DNA from: Candidatus Omnitrophota bacterium
Lineage (GTDB): Bacteria > Omnitrophota > Gorgyraeia > 1-14-0-20-64-10
Direction: 5' to 3'
NCBI GenBank assembly: GCA_023248155.1
Contig: JAHFFE010000007.1
Location: forward strand, 4,401 to 68,400
DNA: 64,000 nucleotides
This document shows, piece after piece, positions 45,110 through 54,758 of this stretch (the stretch's first letter is position 1; each line of letters opens with the position of its first letter). Both the position numbers and the translations under genes were made by a program. A model generated the notes under the pieces. The model had not been told where the DNA came from. It ran no database searches and worked only from the letters and a program-made list of their open reading frames with translations.

Positions 45110-46507
45110 ATGGCGAAACTGATACTAAAACTTTGGGCAGTGACATTTTTGATTGCCATGGTAACTGCGCCTGCTATGGCAGATCCGACTGATATTCAGC
45201 CAGAGAAGGCCCAGAATTCATCAGCGTATACTCCCGTGGTCACCCCTAACGGAAGCACCCTTTGTTGGAAGATGGTGGATGGCGTTAAGGAGTTCCACCT
45301 GACTGTTGAGGAGGTTGAATGGGAGGTGGCTCCCGGCATGAAAATTAAGGCCTGGGGCTACAATGGCCAGACTCCCGGACCTACCCTCGAGGCGGTGGAA
45401 GGTGATCGGGTCCGCATTCTTGTGACGAACAAACTTCCTGAACCGACCGCGGTTCATTGGCACGGAGTCCTTCTTCCCAGCGGAATGGACGGCGTGCAGG
45501 GGCTTACTCAAAAACCGATTATGCCGGGTGAAACTTTCGCCTATGAATTCACGCTCAAGCAGCACGGCACCCAGATGTACCATTCCCACGGCGATGAAAT
45601 GGTCCAGATGGGGCTGGGGGCGATGGGGTTCTTTATCATTCATCCCAAAACTGCTCCCACTAAAATTGACCGGGACTACGCGATCTTTTTGAACGAATGG
45701 TTCGTGAAGCCGGGAACCTCCCGGCCCGACCCGAATGTCATGACCGACTTCAACCTCTTCACCTTCAACAGCCGCGCATTCCCCGGAACCGCTCCGCTTT
45801 TGGCAAGGCCGGGCGAGCGGGTTCGTATTCGTGTCGGGAATGTGGGCCAGGAGTTCCATGCGATTCACCTGCACGGGCATAATTTTAAAATGGTTGGCAC
45901 CGAGGGCGGGGATATTCCGGAATCGGCGCAGTATCCGGAAACAACCGTGGCGATCGGGCCGGGCCAGACGCGCGATTTCGAATTTACCGCCGTTCCCGGA
46001 GACTGGGCGTTTCACTGCCATCTGCGGCATCACCCGATGAACGCCATGGCGCATGATATTCCCAATGTGATCGGTGTCAGCCAAGAAGGCGTGGAGGAGA
46101 AAATCCAGGCGCTTCTGCCGGACTACATGGCGATGGGTGAGAGCGGAATGGGCGAACATTCCGAGCATGCCAAGCATATGCAAGGGCCGGCCAATACGCT
46201 TCCGATGATGGGCGGCGAGGGGCCTTTTGGAAATGTCGGTATGGGCGGCATGTTTACGGTGCTTAAAGTTCACGAGGATGTTCCCGATTTTAAAGACGCG
46301 GATGATTACACGAAACAAGTGAAACTGCCCGGCGATTTCGGATGGTACAAAAATCCCGCGGGAACCGTGGCCGAACTTGCTCCCGGATATGAAAACCAGT
46401 TAACAAAGGAGGGAACGATCTATACCTGCCCGATGCACCCGGAAGTCAGACAGGATAAACCCGGTGCTTGCCCCAAATGCGGCATGACTTTAGAAAAGGA
46501 GAAATAA
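45110..46507 (+). CDS. Multicopper oxidase with C-terminal heavy-metal-binding domain
   Basis: HWHG, YHSH, HAIHLHGH, HCH..HH; tail YTCPMHP..CPKCGM. Confidence 0.92.
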   Translation: MAKLILKLWAVTFLIAMVTAPAMADPTDIQPEKAQNSSAYTPVVTPNGSTLCWKMVDGVKEFHLTVEEVEWEVAPGMKIKAWGYNGQTPGPTLEAVEGDRVRILVTNKLPEPTAVHWHGVLLPSGMDGVQGLTQKPIMPGETFAYEFTLKQHGTQMYHSHGDEMVQMGLGAMGFFIIHPKTAPTKIDRDYAIFLNEWFVKPGTSRPDPNVMTDFNLFTFNSRAFPGTAPLLARPGERVRIRVGNVGQEFHAIHLHGHNFKMVGTEGGDIPESAQYPETTVAIGPGQTRDFEFTAVPGDWAFHCHLRHHPMNAMAHDIPNVIGVSQEGVEEKIQALLPDYMAMGESGMGEHSEHAKHMQGPANTLPMMGGEGPFGNVGMGGMFTVLKVHEDVPDFKDADDYTKQVKLPGDFGWYKNPAGTVAELAPGYENQLTKEGTIYTCPMHPEVRQDKPGACPKCGMTLEKEK

Positions 46508-46508
46508 A

Positions 46509-46907
46509 ATGCGCAACATAGTAATGGCCGGAATGGCGGCGGCGTTTTTGATGATGTTGGGTTTCTCGAATTTACCGGCGGCTGTGGCGCACGATGCCAA
46601 TATGCCGGGGATGGAGAACGGAAGGGATGTGGCTATTAAAGGGGAACTGGTGGATTCTCTCTGCTATGTGGCGATGGCCGGAAAAGGTTCGGGCCATAAA
46701 CAGTGCGCGATGGATTGCGCGAAAGCCGGAATTCCCGTCAGTATCGTTGAAGAGGGCACCGGTAAGTTGTATACGGTTCTTCCTAAAGAGGACAAGACAG
46801 GGTATCCTGCCAGCGTTATCAGCAAAATGGGCCAACAAGTAACGTTGAAGGGTGATCTTTACGAGACCGGCGGCAATAAGTATGTGACCGTCGAATCGGT
46901 GGAATAA
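46509..46907 (+). CDS. Exported Cys/His-motif OB-fold-like hypothetical protein
   Basis: Signal peptide; GELVD..CY....H..CA..C...G.P pattern. Confidence 0.55.
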   Translation: MRNIVMAGMAAAFLMMLGFSNLPAAVAHDANMPGMENGRDVAIKGELVDSLCYVAMAGKGSGHKQCAMDCAKAGIPVSIVEEGTGKLYTVLPKEDKTGYPASVISKMGQQVTLKGDLYETGGNKYVTVESVE

Positions 46908-46912
46908 AGCCG

Positions 46913-47386
46913 ATGCTGTCCGGAGCGCGGCACCTGCAGAATATTCATCCGCTCATCGTTCACTTTCCGATAGCGTTTTTGATCGCTGCCGCGCTCTTTT
47001 ATTTTATGGCGTGGGTTTTTAATAAGGATGATTTTGCCAGAACAGGATTCCGGGTGCTTTTGCTCGGGGCCCTGTCTTTGGCGGTCGCCGTCTGGACAGG
47101 GCTTCGTGCCGAAGACGGAGTCATGGTGGCACTGGATGTGAGGCAGAAGCTTCTTTTGCCCCACGAGCAATTCATGATTGCCACGGCGGTTTTGTGCGCT
47201 ATCGTTACGCTGTGGGCGATTGTCGGAAGGCCTTTTCCGAAAAAAGGAAGAGTCCTGTTTTTAGCGCTGCTTCTCGCGATGGTCATTACGATGACGATCG
47301 GCGCTGATTTTGGCGGGCAGCTTGTTTACGATTACAATGCCGGCGGTAGCTTGCCGCAGCCGATTCACTTTAAAATAGTTCAATGA
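46913..47386 (+). CDS. DUF2231-like membrane protein
   Basis: [10 protein letters not shown], four TM segments, GG.LVY. Confidence 0.8.
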   Translation: MLSGARHLQNIHPLIVHFPIAFLIAAALFYFMAWVFNKDDFARTGFRVLLLGALSLAVAVWTGLRAEDGVMVALDVRQKLLLPHEQFMIATAVLCAIVTLWAIVGRPFPKKGRVLFLALLLAMVITMTIGADFGGQLVYDYNAGGSLPQPIHFKIVQ

Positions 47387-49494
47387 AATACACCTGTCCG
47401 ATGCATCCGGAAATTATTTTAGATCAACCCGGTTCTTGCCCGAAATGCGGGATGTTTTTGGAGCTTAAAGACGCCGCGGGTTCTCCCGAAGACCTCGAAT
47501 ACAGACAGATGTCGCGCCGGTTCTGGGCGAGCCTCATACTGTCCGTTCCGATTATTTTACTCGCGATCCCAGAATTGATTCCGGGCAATCCTTTGGAAAA
47601 AATTGTTTCCATGCGCGTTATCAACTGGATTGAATTTGCTTTCGCTACGCCGGTGGTGCTCTGGGGCGGGGGGTGGTTTTTTGAGCGCGGGGTTTTATCC
47701 GTTGCGCGGCGAAGCCTTAACATGTTTACGCTGATTGCCTTGGGCGTAGGAGCGGCTTATGGGTACAGCGTGATCGCGCTGGTTTTCCCTTCCGTATTTC
47801 CGAGCGCTTTCCAAAGTCACGGCGGTGAAGTCCCGGTTTATTTCGAAGCCGCGGCAGCGATCACGGTGCTGGTTATTTTGGGTCAGCTCCTGGAGCTCAG
47901 GGCGCGCCGCCAGACCAGTGACGCCATCAAGGCGCTTCTTAATCTTGCGCCAAAGACGGCAAGGGTGATTCGGGATAACAACAACGAAGAAGATATCCCA
48001 TTGGAACAGGTAGCGGTGGGAGATAGGCTTCGCGTGCGTCCCGGCGAAAGTATTCCCACGGACGGCGTGGTTCTGGAAGGATCCAGCTCTGTGGATGAGT
48101 CGATGGTGACCGGGGAACCCATTCCCGTGGAAAAAGTCGCGGGGTCTAAAGTCGTGGGAGGGACGGTCAGCGGCACCGGCAGTTTTATTATGCGCGCCGA
48201 GCGCGTGGGAGCCGACACGCTCCTTTCTAAAATCGTTCATATGGTGAGCGAGGCGCAAAGAAGCCGCGCCCCCATTCAGCGCCTTGTCGACAGTGTCTCA
48301 GCCTATTTTGTGCCGGCGGTTATTCTTGCGGCGATTTCGACCTCTGTTATTTGGGGATTTTTCGGACCTGAACCGCGAATGGCTTATGCGATCGTGAATG
48401 CCGTCGCCGTGTTGATCATCGCTTGCCCGTGCGCTTTGGGACTGGCCACGCCCATGTCCATTATGGTCGGTGTCGGCCGCGGCGCGACGATGGGCATTCT
48501 GATCAAGAACGCCGAAGCCCTTGAGACTTTCCGGAAAGTCGACACGCTTATTTTCGACAAAACAGGCACGCTCACGGAAGGCAAGCCCAGACTTGTTTCC
48601 ATTCTGCCCGAAGCAGGAGTAAGCGAAGAAGAATTTCTGCATCTCGCGGCCAGCCTTGAACGGGGGAGTGAACACCCGCTGGCGCAGGCGATCGTGAAGG
48701 GAGCCGAATCCAAAAATGTCCGGTTCGTCGAAACCAAAGCTTTTAAATCAGTGACGGGTAAAGGCGTGGCGGGAACCGTCGACGGAAAAAATATCGTTCT
48801 TGGAAATCAGGAATGGATCGAAGAGCTGGGCATTTCATCGGCGCGGTTGATACCCAAGGCCGACGAATTGCGGAAGGACGGACAGACCGTCATGTTTTTA
48901 GCGGATAAGGGCCGTCTGCTTGGAATTCTCGGCGTTTCAGATTCCATCAAGGCTTCTACTCCCGAAGCGATCCGGATGCTGCATAACGAGGGACTGCGTT
49001 TAATCATGGTCACCGGAGACAATCAAGTGACTGCCGATGCGGTAGCGCGCAAGCTCGGCATTGATGAGGTGCGGGCCGGAATATTGCCCGAGAAAAAAGG
49101 AGAAATTATCAGGGAACTCCAGGCCAAAGGGCATTTGGTTGCCATGGCTGGTGACGGTGTCAATGATGCCCCCGCGCTGGCGCAGGCAAATGTGGGCATC
49201 GCGATGGGCAGCGGAACGGATGTCGCCATCGAAAGCGCGGGCGTGACGCTGGTGAAAGGAGATCTGCGGGGCATCGCCAAGGCAAGGAAATTAAGCCGTG
49301 CGACCATGCGCAATATCCGCGAAAACCTCTTTTTCGCTTTCGTTTATAATATTCTCGGAGTTCCCGTCTCGGCCGGGATTCTCTATCCATTTTTCGGCAT
49401 CCTGCTTTCTCCGGTCATCGCGAGCACGGCGATGAGTTTTAGTTCGGTATCGGTCATCGTGAACGCTTTACGATTGCGCAGGGTTTCGCTTTAG
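47383..49494 (+). CDS. copA: Copper-translocating P1B-type ATPase
   Basis: YTCPMHP, TGEP, CPC, DKTGT, SEHP, GDGVND, YN, MxxSS. Confidence 0.95.
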   Translation: MKYTCPMHPEIILDQPGSCPKCGMFLELKDAAGSPEDLEYRQMSRRFWASLILSVPIILLAIPELIPGNPLEKIVSMRVINWIEFAFATPVVLWGGGWFFERGVLSVARRSLNMFTLIALGVGAAYGYSVIALVFPSVFPSAFQSHGGEVPVYFEAAAAITVLVILGQLLELRARRQTSDAIKALLNLAPKTARVIRDNNNEEDIPLEQVAVGDRLRVRPGESIPTDGVVLEGSSSVDESMVTGEPIPVEKVAGSKVVGGTVSGTGSFIMRAERVGADTLLSKIVHMVSEAQRSRAPIQRLVDSVSAYFVPAVILAAISTSVIWGFFGPEPRMAYAIVNAVAVLIIACPCALGLATPMSIMVGVGRGATMGILIKNAEALETFRKVDTLIFDKTGTLTEGKPRLVSILPEAGVSEEEFLHLAASLERGSEHPLAQAIVKGAESKNVRFVETKAFKSVTGKGVAGTVDGKNIVLGNQEWIEELGISSARLIPKADELRKDGQTVMFLADKGRLLGILGVSDSIKASTPEAIRMLHNEGLRLIMVTGDNQVTADAVARKLGIDEVRAGILPEKKGEIIRELQAKGHLVAMAGDGVNDAPALAQANVGIAMGSGTDVAIESAGVTLVKGDLRGIAKARKLSRATMRNIRENLFFAFVYNILGVPVSAGILYPFFGILLSPVIASTAMSFSSVSVIVNALRLRRVSL

Positions 49495-49497
49495 CCT

Positions 49498-50364
49498 ATG
49501 TCCGAACATTCACACGATCCGTTGACAACAAGGGCCGCCTCGCCGCTGGCGGGCGCGTTGATCATTACGGCCACGGTCATGGTGTTGGAAATCATTGCCG
49601 GCCTTCTTTCGAACAGCCTGGCTCTTTTAGCGGATGCCGGGCATATGGCCACCGATGCTGCGGCGCTCGGAATGAGTTTGTTCGCCTGCTGGATTGCCCG
49701 TCAGCCGGCAACCCGGACCAAAACCTATGGGTTCTACCGGACCGAGATTTTAGCGGCGCTCTTGAATGGGCTGACCCTCTGGCTGGTTGTGGCATGGATC
49801 ATCTATCACGCTGTTCAGCGGTTCGTTCATCCTCCCGTTGTTCGCGCCCCGATGATGCTGGTAACGGCTGTCATTGGTCTGGCGGCGAACCTGGGGTGCG
49901 CCTGGCTGTTGAGGCCCTCTCAGGCGCAAAGTCTCAATATGCGCAGCGCTTATCTGCATGTCTTATCGGATGCGCTGGGTTCTGTCAGCGTCATCGCGGC
50001 CGCGGTGGTTATCCAAATGACTGGCTGGTCCCTGGCAGATCCCTTGGCGAGTCTTCTCGTTTGCGGCCTTATTCTCTGGAGTTCATGGAAGTTGATTTCT
50101 CAGTCGGTCAATATTTTACTGGAAGGGACGCCGCCCCATATCGATGCCATGGAAGTGACGCGGGCCATGCAAGCCGTTGCAGGGGTGCGATCGGTTCACG
50201 ATGTTCATATCTGGACGATTACTTCGGGGATGGAGGCGATGAGCGCCCATGTGGTGGTTGATAATTCGAACGACAGCCGGGGATTGTTGGATCGCCTGAA
50301 TACGCTTCTGTGTGACCGGTTCAAGATCCATCACACGACCATTCAGTTGGAAGAAGCTCTGTGA
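49498..50364 (+). CDS. czcD: Cation diffusion facilitator (Zn/Co/Cd)
   Basis: SLALLADAGHM, TYG..R.E, HVLSD, HDVHIW, HTTIQ.E. Confidence 0.9.
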   Translation: MSEHSHDPLTTRAASPLAGALIITATVMVLEIIAGLLSNSLALLADAGHMATDAAALGMSLFACWIARQPATRTKTYGFYRTEILAALLNGLTLWLVVAWIIYHAVQRFVHPPVVRAPMMLVTAVIGLAANLGCAWLLRPSQAQSLNMRSAYLHVLSDALGSVSVIAAAVVIQMTGWSLADPLASLLVCGLILWSSWKLISQSVNILLEGTPPHIDAMEVTRAMQAVAGVRSVHDVHIWTITSGMEAMSAHVVVDNSNDSRGLLDRLNTLLCDRFKIHHTTIQLEEAL

Positions 50365-50394
50365 TACGATAATCCAAACTCAGGGAGGTTGTTG

Positions 50395-50580
50395 ATGCCG
50401 ATTATTACCGTAGATCTATTTGAGGGCCGCTCGCGCGAACAAAAAGAAGCGTTCGCGAAAAAAGTGACCGATGCCGCCGTGGAGTTGCTCAAAGCACCGG
50501 CCGATCATACCTGGGTTGTTTACAACGACCATGCCAAGTCCGACTGGGCGATGGGCGGAAAACTGTGCGACGGGAGATAA
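50395..50580 (+). CDS. 4-oxalocrotonate tautomerase family protein
   Basis: N-terminal Pro (MPII), GRS.EQK, W..GG; SD GGAGG. Confidence 0.9.
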   Translation: MPIITVDLFEGRSREQKEAFAKKVTDAAVELLKAPADHTWVVYNDHAKSDWAMGGKLCDGR

Positions 50581-50584
50581 TGCC

Positions 50585-51310
50585 ATGGCTGACCTGAACC
50601 TGATCGCGGCGTTTGGCGCCGGATTTTTGTCGTTTCTTTCACCCTGTGTTCTGCCGTTGATTCCCGGGTATATCTCGTTTATCTCGGGTCTTTCTTTGGG
50701 TGATTTACAGGGATCGGATGAGGGGGGTGCTGTGGTGCGGCGCGCGTTTCTCAGCAGTCTCTGGTTCGTCTTCGGTTTCTCAGCCGTTTTTGTAGCATTG
50801 GGTGCTTCGGCCACAGCCGTCGGCGTCTTATTGCTGGAGCGGCTTGATCTGTTCCGGTGGATTGCCGGTGCTTTGATTATTCTGTTCGGCATCCATTTAA
50901 CCGGCATCATCCGGATTCCGTTCCTGCAGTACGAGAAGAAAATTGATGTTCGCCAGCGCCCGCTTTCTGCGGTCGGCGCGTTTTTAGTCGGCGCGGCTTT
51001 CGCGTTTGGCTGGACGCCCTGTATCGGCCCGATTTTGGCCGGCATTCTGGGGTTGGCCGCTACGCAGGAAACGGTCGGCAAGGGGATGCTGCTGCTGCTG
51101 GTCTATTCGGCCGGATTAGGCATTCCGTTTTTGCTTACCAGTTTGGGTGTGGCGCAGTTTATGAAATGGTTTGCCCGGTTTCGCCGTTATCTGCGCATCG
51201 TCGAAATTTTCAGCGGTGTTTTGCTGATTGTGATCGGACTCTTTATCGTCACAGACCGTTTGAGCTGGCTGGCCCGCTATTTGACCATGCTCGATGGTTT
51301 CTCAAAATAA
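50585..51310 (+). CDS. ccdA: Cytochrome c biogenesis/DsbD-TM protein CcdA
   Basis: SFLSPCVLP and WTPCIGPIL. Confidence 0.92.
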   Translation: MADLNLIAAFGAGFLSFLSPCVLPLIPGYISFISGLSLGDLQGSDEGGAVVRRAFLSSLWFVFGFSAVFVALGASATAVGVLLLERLDLFRWIAGALIILFGIHLTGIIRIPFLQYEKKIDVRQRPLSAVGAFLVGAAFAFGWTPCIGPILAGILGLAATQETVGKGMLLLLVYSAGLGIPFLLTSLGVAQFMKWFARFRRYLRIVEIFSGVLLIVIGLFIVTDRLSWLARYLTMLDGFSK

Positions 51311-51326
51311 TTGAGGAGATTTTAAA

Positions 51327-51884
51327 ATGAAAAAGATGGCCTTATTGCTTTTAATCGCCGGTTTTGTCGCAGCCGGCTGCCAGCAATCGAATCAAACGGC
51401 TCCGGAGAAGAAAGAGTCTTCTTCCGCTCAGCCACAGCCGAGCCTCACCAGCGGATCTTTCGTGAACCGGATGCCTGCCGCCCAGTTCCAGTTAACCGAC
51501 ATCGCCGGAAAGCCGGTCTCGCTTTCAGCGTTGAAAGGGAAGGTGGTCATCCTTGATTTCTGGGCGACCTGGTGTCCGCCGTGCCGGCAGGAGATCCCCC
51601 ATTTCAAGGAATTGTACGCGCAGTACAAAGAGCGTGGCCTGGAAATCGTCGGATTATCGGTCGATGACAGCAGCGCCGAAGTCGTTTCGTTCGTGAAAGA
51701 AAATAAAATCGGATATCCGGTCGCGATGGCCGACGGCGCGCTCCAAAAAGCATATGGGGGTATTCGCGGAATTCCAACCACATTTATGCTCGACAAAAGG
51801 GGCGCCATTGCCAAGAAATATGTCGGTTATCAGGATAAATCGGTCTTCGAAAGCGACATCGTCGCGTTGTTAAACGAGGCGTAG
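51327..51884 (+). CDS. TlpA/ResA thiol-disulfide oxidoreductase lipoprotein
   Basis: Lipobox AAGC; FWATWCPPC, GIPT. Confidence 0.92.
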   Translation: MKKMALLLLIAGFVAAGCQQSNQTAPEKKESSSAQPQPSLTSGSFVNRMPAAQFQLTDIAGKPVSLSALKGKVVILDFWATWCPPCRQEIPHFKELYAQYKERGLEIVGLSVDDSSAEVVSFVKENKIGYPVAMADGALQKAYGGIRGIPTTFMLDKRGAIAKKYVGYQDKSVFESDIVALLNEA

Positions 51885-51887
51885 GCC

Positions 51888-51896
51888 TGGTATAAT
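51888..51896 (+). promoter_or_regulatory. Extended -10 element upstream of gcvT
   Basis: TGgTATAAT 8 nt before ATG 51905; no SD. Confidence 0.45.
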
Positions 51897-51904
51897 ACCA
51901 ATTT

Positions 51905-53023
51905 ATGTCGTCCTCGCATTCCGTTCTGCCTTCCGAATCGTTGAAGCGGACCGTGCTGTATTCGCGGCACGTTCAGCTGGGCGCCCGCATCGGTCCGTTT
52001 GCCGGCTGGGAGCTTCCGCTTTACTATAGTTCCATTTTGCAGGAACATCAGGCTGTTCGCACCGCGGTCGGATTGTTTGACGTTTCCCATCTGGGCCATC
52101 TGGAACTGCACGGGCCCGGAACAGCCTCGCAGCTGCAGCTGTTGTTCACGCAGGACTTGGCTGGTATGCAAATCGGCAGCGCCGTTTACAGTCCGATGCT
52201 TAATCCTCAGGGCTGGATCATCGATGAGATGATCATCTACCGCCTCGGGCAGGAACGGTTCCGCCTGGTGGTGAATGCGGCCAACGGCGGCAAGGTGATC
52301 CACTGGCTGAAAGCGCACCTTTCAAAAAATGTCCGTATTGACGATCTGCGCGAAAAATATGGAACGCTGGCCGTTCAGGGGCCGCGCGCCGTCGAACTGT
52401 TCAGCAAGATTTCATCGATGGATTTTGCCGGCGTGCCGCGCTACCGGATTGTTTCGGCAATCATGGCGGAGCGTTCCGTTTGGGTGGCGCGCACCGGATA
52501 CACCGGAGAAGACGGCGGGGAACTGTTTGCCTCATCAGCCGATCTGCCTTATTTGTGGGACGCGCTGCTGGAAGCCGGCAAGCCGATGGGCATTCAACCG
52601 GTTGGTCTGGGCGCGCGCGACACTTTGCGGCTCGAGGCCGGGCTTCCGCTGGGCGGCATTGATCTCGATGAACAGACCACACCGTTGGAAGCCGGACTGG
52701 ACTGGACTATTTTCTGGCGCAAAGGGCCGTTCATGGGCCGTGAAGCGCTGGAAAAACAGCAGCGCAACGGGTTGCATCGCCGGCTGGCCGGTTTTCAGAT
52801 GGACGGCGCCGGGATCCCGCGTTTGGGGTACCCGATTTATTCGGGAGAAGACAAAGTCGGCCTGGTGACCAGCGGAACGATGCTGGCCGACGGGCGGGGA
52901 ATCGGAATGGGGTATCTGCCGCCGTTATTGGGGAAACCGGGTACACCGGTTAAGATTGGAATTCATCAGCGCGCCGTTGATGCGCATGTCGTACAACTGC
53001 CATTTTACCGGAGAAAAAAATAA
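51905..53023 (+). CDS. gcvT: Glycine cleavage aminomethyltransferase T
   Basis: GLFDVSH, RTGYTGEDG.E, GLGARDTLRLEAG. Confidence 0.95.
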   Translation: MSSSHSVLPSESLKRTVLYSRHVQLGARIGPFAGWELPLYYSSILQEHQAVRTAVGLFDVSHLGHLELHGPGTASQLQLLFTQDLAGMQIGSAVYSPMLNPQGWIIDEMIIYRLGQERFRLVVNAANGGKVIHWLKAHLSKNVRIDDLREKYGTLAVQGPRAVELFSKISSMDFAGVPRYRIVSAIMAERSVWVARTGYTGEDGGELFASSADLPYLWDALLEAGKPMGIQPVGLGARDTLRLEAGLPLGGIDLDEQTTPLEAGLDWTIFWRKGPFMGREALEKQQRNGLHRRLAGFQMDGAGIPRLGYPIYSGEDKVGLVTSGTMLADGRGIGMGYLPPLLGKPGTPVKIGIHQRAVDAHVVQLPFYRRKK

Positions 53024-53025
53024 CC

Positions 53026-53412
53026 ATGGATTTGAACGGATTGAAATATACGAAAACCCACGAATGGCTGCGCGTCGAGGGTCAGCTGGGCATCGTCGGT
53101 ATTACACAGCATGCGCAGGAAGAAATTTCCGACGTGGTTTTTGTCGAGCTTCCGAAGGTCGGCAAAATGGTCAGCCAGGGCGAAGAAACCGCCGTGGTCG
53201 AATCGGTCAAGGCCGCATTCTCGATCTACGCGCCGATCTCCGGAACGATCACCACGGTCAATGAATCGCTTTCCAAAGATCCCGGGCTGATCAACCGTTC
53301 TCCGCTCGAACAGGGTTGGATTTATAAAATAGAATTGCGCGATCCTGCCGAAGCCAAGGCATTAATGGATGCGCCCGCTTACGAAGCCTGGGCCAAGGGG
53401 AATAAACACTAA
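53026..53412 (+). CDS. gcvH: Glycine cleavage H protein
   Basis: HEW, VGIT, lipoyl-Lys motif VESVKA. Confidence 0.96.
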   Translation: MDLNGLKYTKTHEWLRVEGQLGIVGITQHAQEEISDVVFVELPKVGKMVSQGEETAVVESVKAAFSIYAPISGTITTVNESLSKDPGLINRSPLEQGWIYKIELRDPAEAKALMDAPAYEAWAKGNKH

Positions 53413-53414
53413 AG

Positions 53415-54758
53415 ATGGATTATGTTCCGATCACCGACCATGACCGGGAGGTGATGCTTGAGAAAATCGGTGTTTCCAGCGTTCAGAATCTGCTGAACAT
53501 TCCGCGCGATGTTCCGCGCGCGCGGCTGCAGCTGCCGCCGCCGCTGAGCGAGCCGGAACTGCTCGATCTTTGCCGCCAGATCGCGCTAAGCAACCGCTCC
53601 ATCGATCCGAAACGGTCGTTTTTGGGCGCCGGTGCTTATTCGCATTACGCGCCCAGTATTGTGCGCTACATCGCGTCGCGCGGCGAATTTTTAACGGCCT
53701 ATACGCCGTATCAGCCCGAAGCGTCGCAGGGGACGCTGCAGGCGATGTACGAATTTCAAAGTTTGTTGTGCGAGTTGACCGGCATGGATGTCGCCAACTG
53801 CTCATTGTACGACGGCGCGACTGCCGTCGCCGAGGCCTGCCTCGTCGCGCTGCGCGAAACCGACCGCAAAAAACTGATCCTTTCATCCGGACTGCATCCG
53901 GAGTACCGCCAAACGGTCCGCACCTATTTTCAGCATTCCGATATTGAGGTCATCGAAGCGCCCTTGCAGAGCGGAACCACCGATCTTGATTTTCTGAATT
54001 CGTCCGTCAACTCTGAGGTGGCCGCCGTCGTTGTGCAGGTTCCCAACGCGCTCGGTCTTCTGGAACCGGTCGATGCGATTGAAAAAACAACGCATGCCAA
54101 AGGCGCGTTGTTCATCACTTCGGTCAACCCGGTCTCGCTTGGCATTTTAAAACCGCCCGGGGAGTATGGCGCCGACATCGTCGTGGGCGAAGGCCAGCCG
54201 CTCGGCATCGACGCCGCTTATGGCGGGCCGTACCTCGGTTTGTTCGCCTGCCGGCAGACGCTGGTGCGCAAGATGCCGGGCCGCGTCGTCGGCATGACGC
54301 GCGACGCGCATGGCCGGCGCGGATTCGTGCTGACGCTGCAGACGCGCGAACAGCATATCCGCCGCGCGAAAGCGACTTCCAATATCTGCACCAACGAAGC
54401 AATGATGGCGCTAGCCGCCGCTGTGTATATGGCGTCGCACGGGCAGCAGGGCTTCCGTGAACTGGCCGAGCAAAATCTGCGCAAAGCGCATTATGCCTGC
54501 GAACAACTCTCTAAAATTCCCGGAGTTTCGCCGATGTTCGGCAAACCGTTCTTTAACGAATTCGCGCTCGAGGTTCCGATTGATCCGGAAACGTTGAACC
54601 GCCGCCTCGAAGCCAAAGGTTTTCTGGGCGGGTTGCCGCTGGCGCGTTGGGACGCGCAATGGAAACGCGGATGGCTCGTCTGCGCGACGGAAGTCCAGAC
54701 CAAAGAATCGATCGACGCGTTCGCGCAGGCCGTTGCCGAAAGCTGTAAAGACCGATGA
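53415..54758 (+). CDS. gcvPA: Glycine dehydrogenase subunit 1
   Basis: YTPYQPEASQG, TREQHIRRAKATSNICTN. Confidence 0.95.
   Translation: MDYVPITDHDREVMLEKIGVSSVQNLLNIPRDVPRARLQLPPPLSEPELLDLCRQIALSNRSIDPKRSFLGAGAYSHYAPSIVRYIASRGEFLTAYTPYQPEASQGTLQAMYEFQSLLCELTGMDVANCSLYDGATAVAEACLVALRETDRKKLILSSGLHPEYRQTVRTYFQHSDIEVIEAPLQSGTTDLDFLNSSVNSEVAAVVVQVPNALGLLEPVDAIEKTTHAKGALFITSVNPVSLGILKPPGEYGADIVVGEGQPLGIDAAYGGPYLGLFACRQTLVRKMPGRVVGMTRDAHGRRGFVLTLQTREQHIRRAKATSNICTNEAMMALAAAVYMASHGQQGFRELAEQNLRKAHYACEQLSKIPGVSPMFGKPFFNEFALEVPIDPETLNRRLEAKGFLGGLPLARWDAQWKRGWLVCATEVQTKESIDAFAQAVAESCKDR

Noticed and set aside
45221-46318. 365-aa minus-strand ORF
   Set aside because: Antisense to the multicopper oxidase; typical GC-rich shadow frame.
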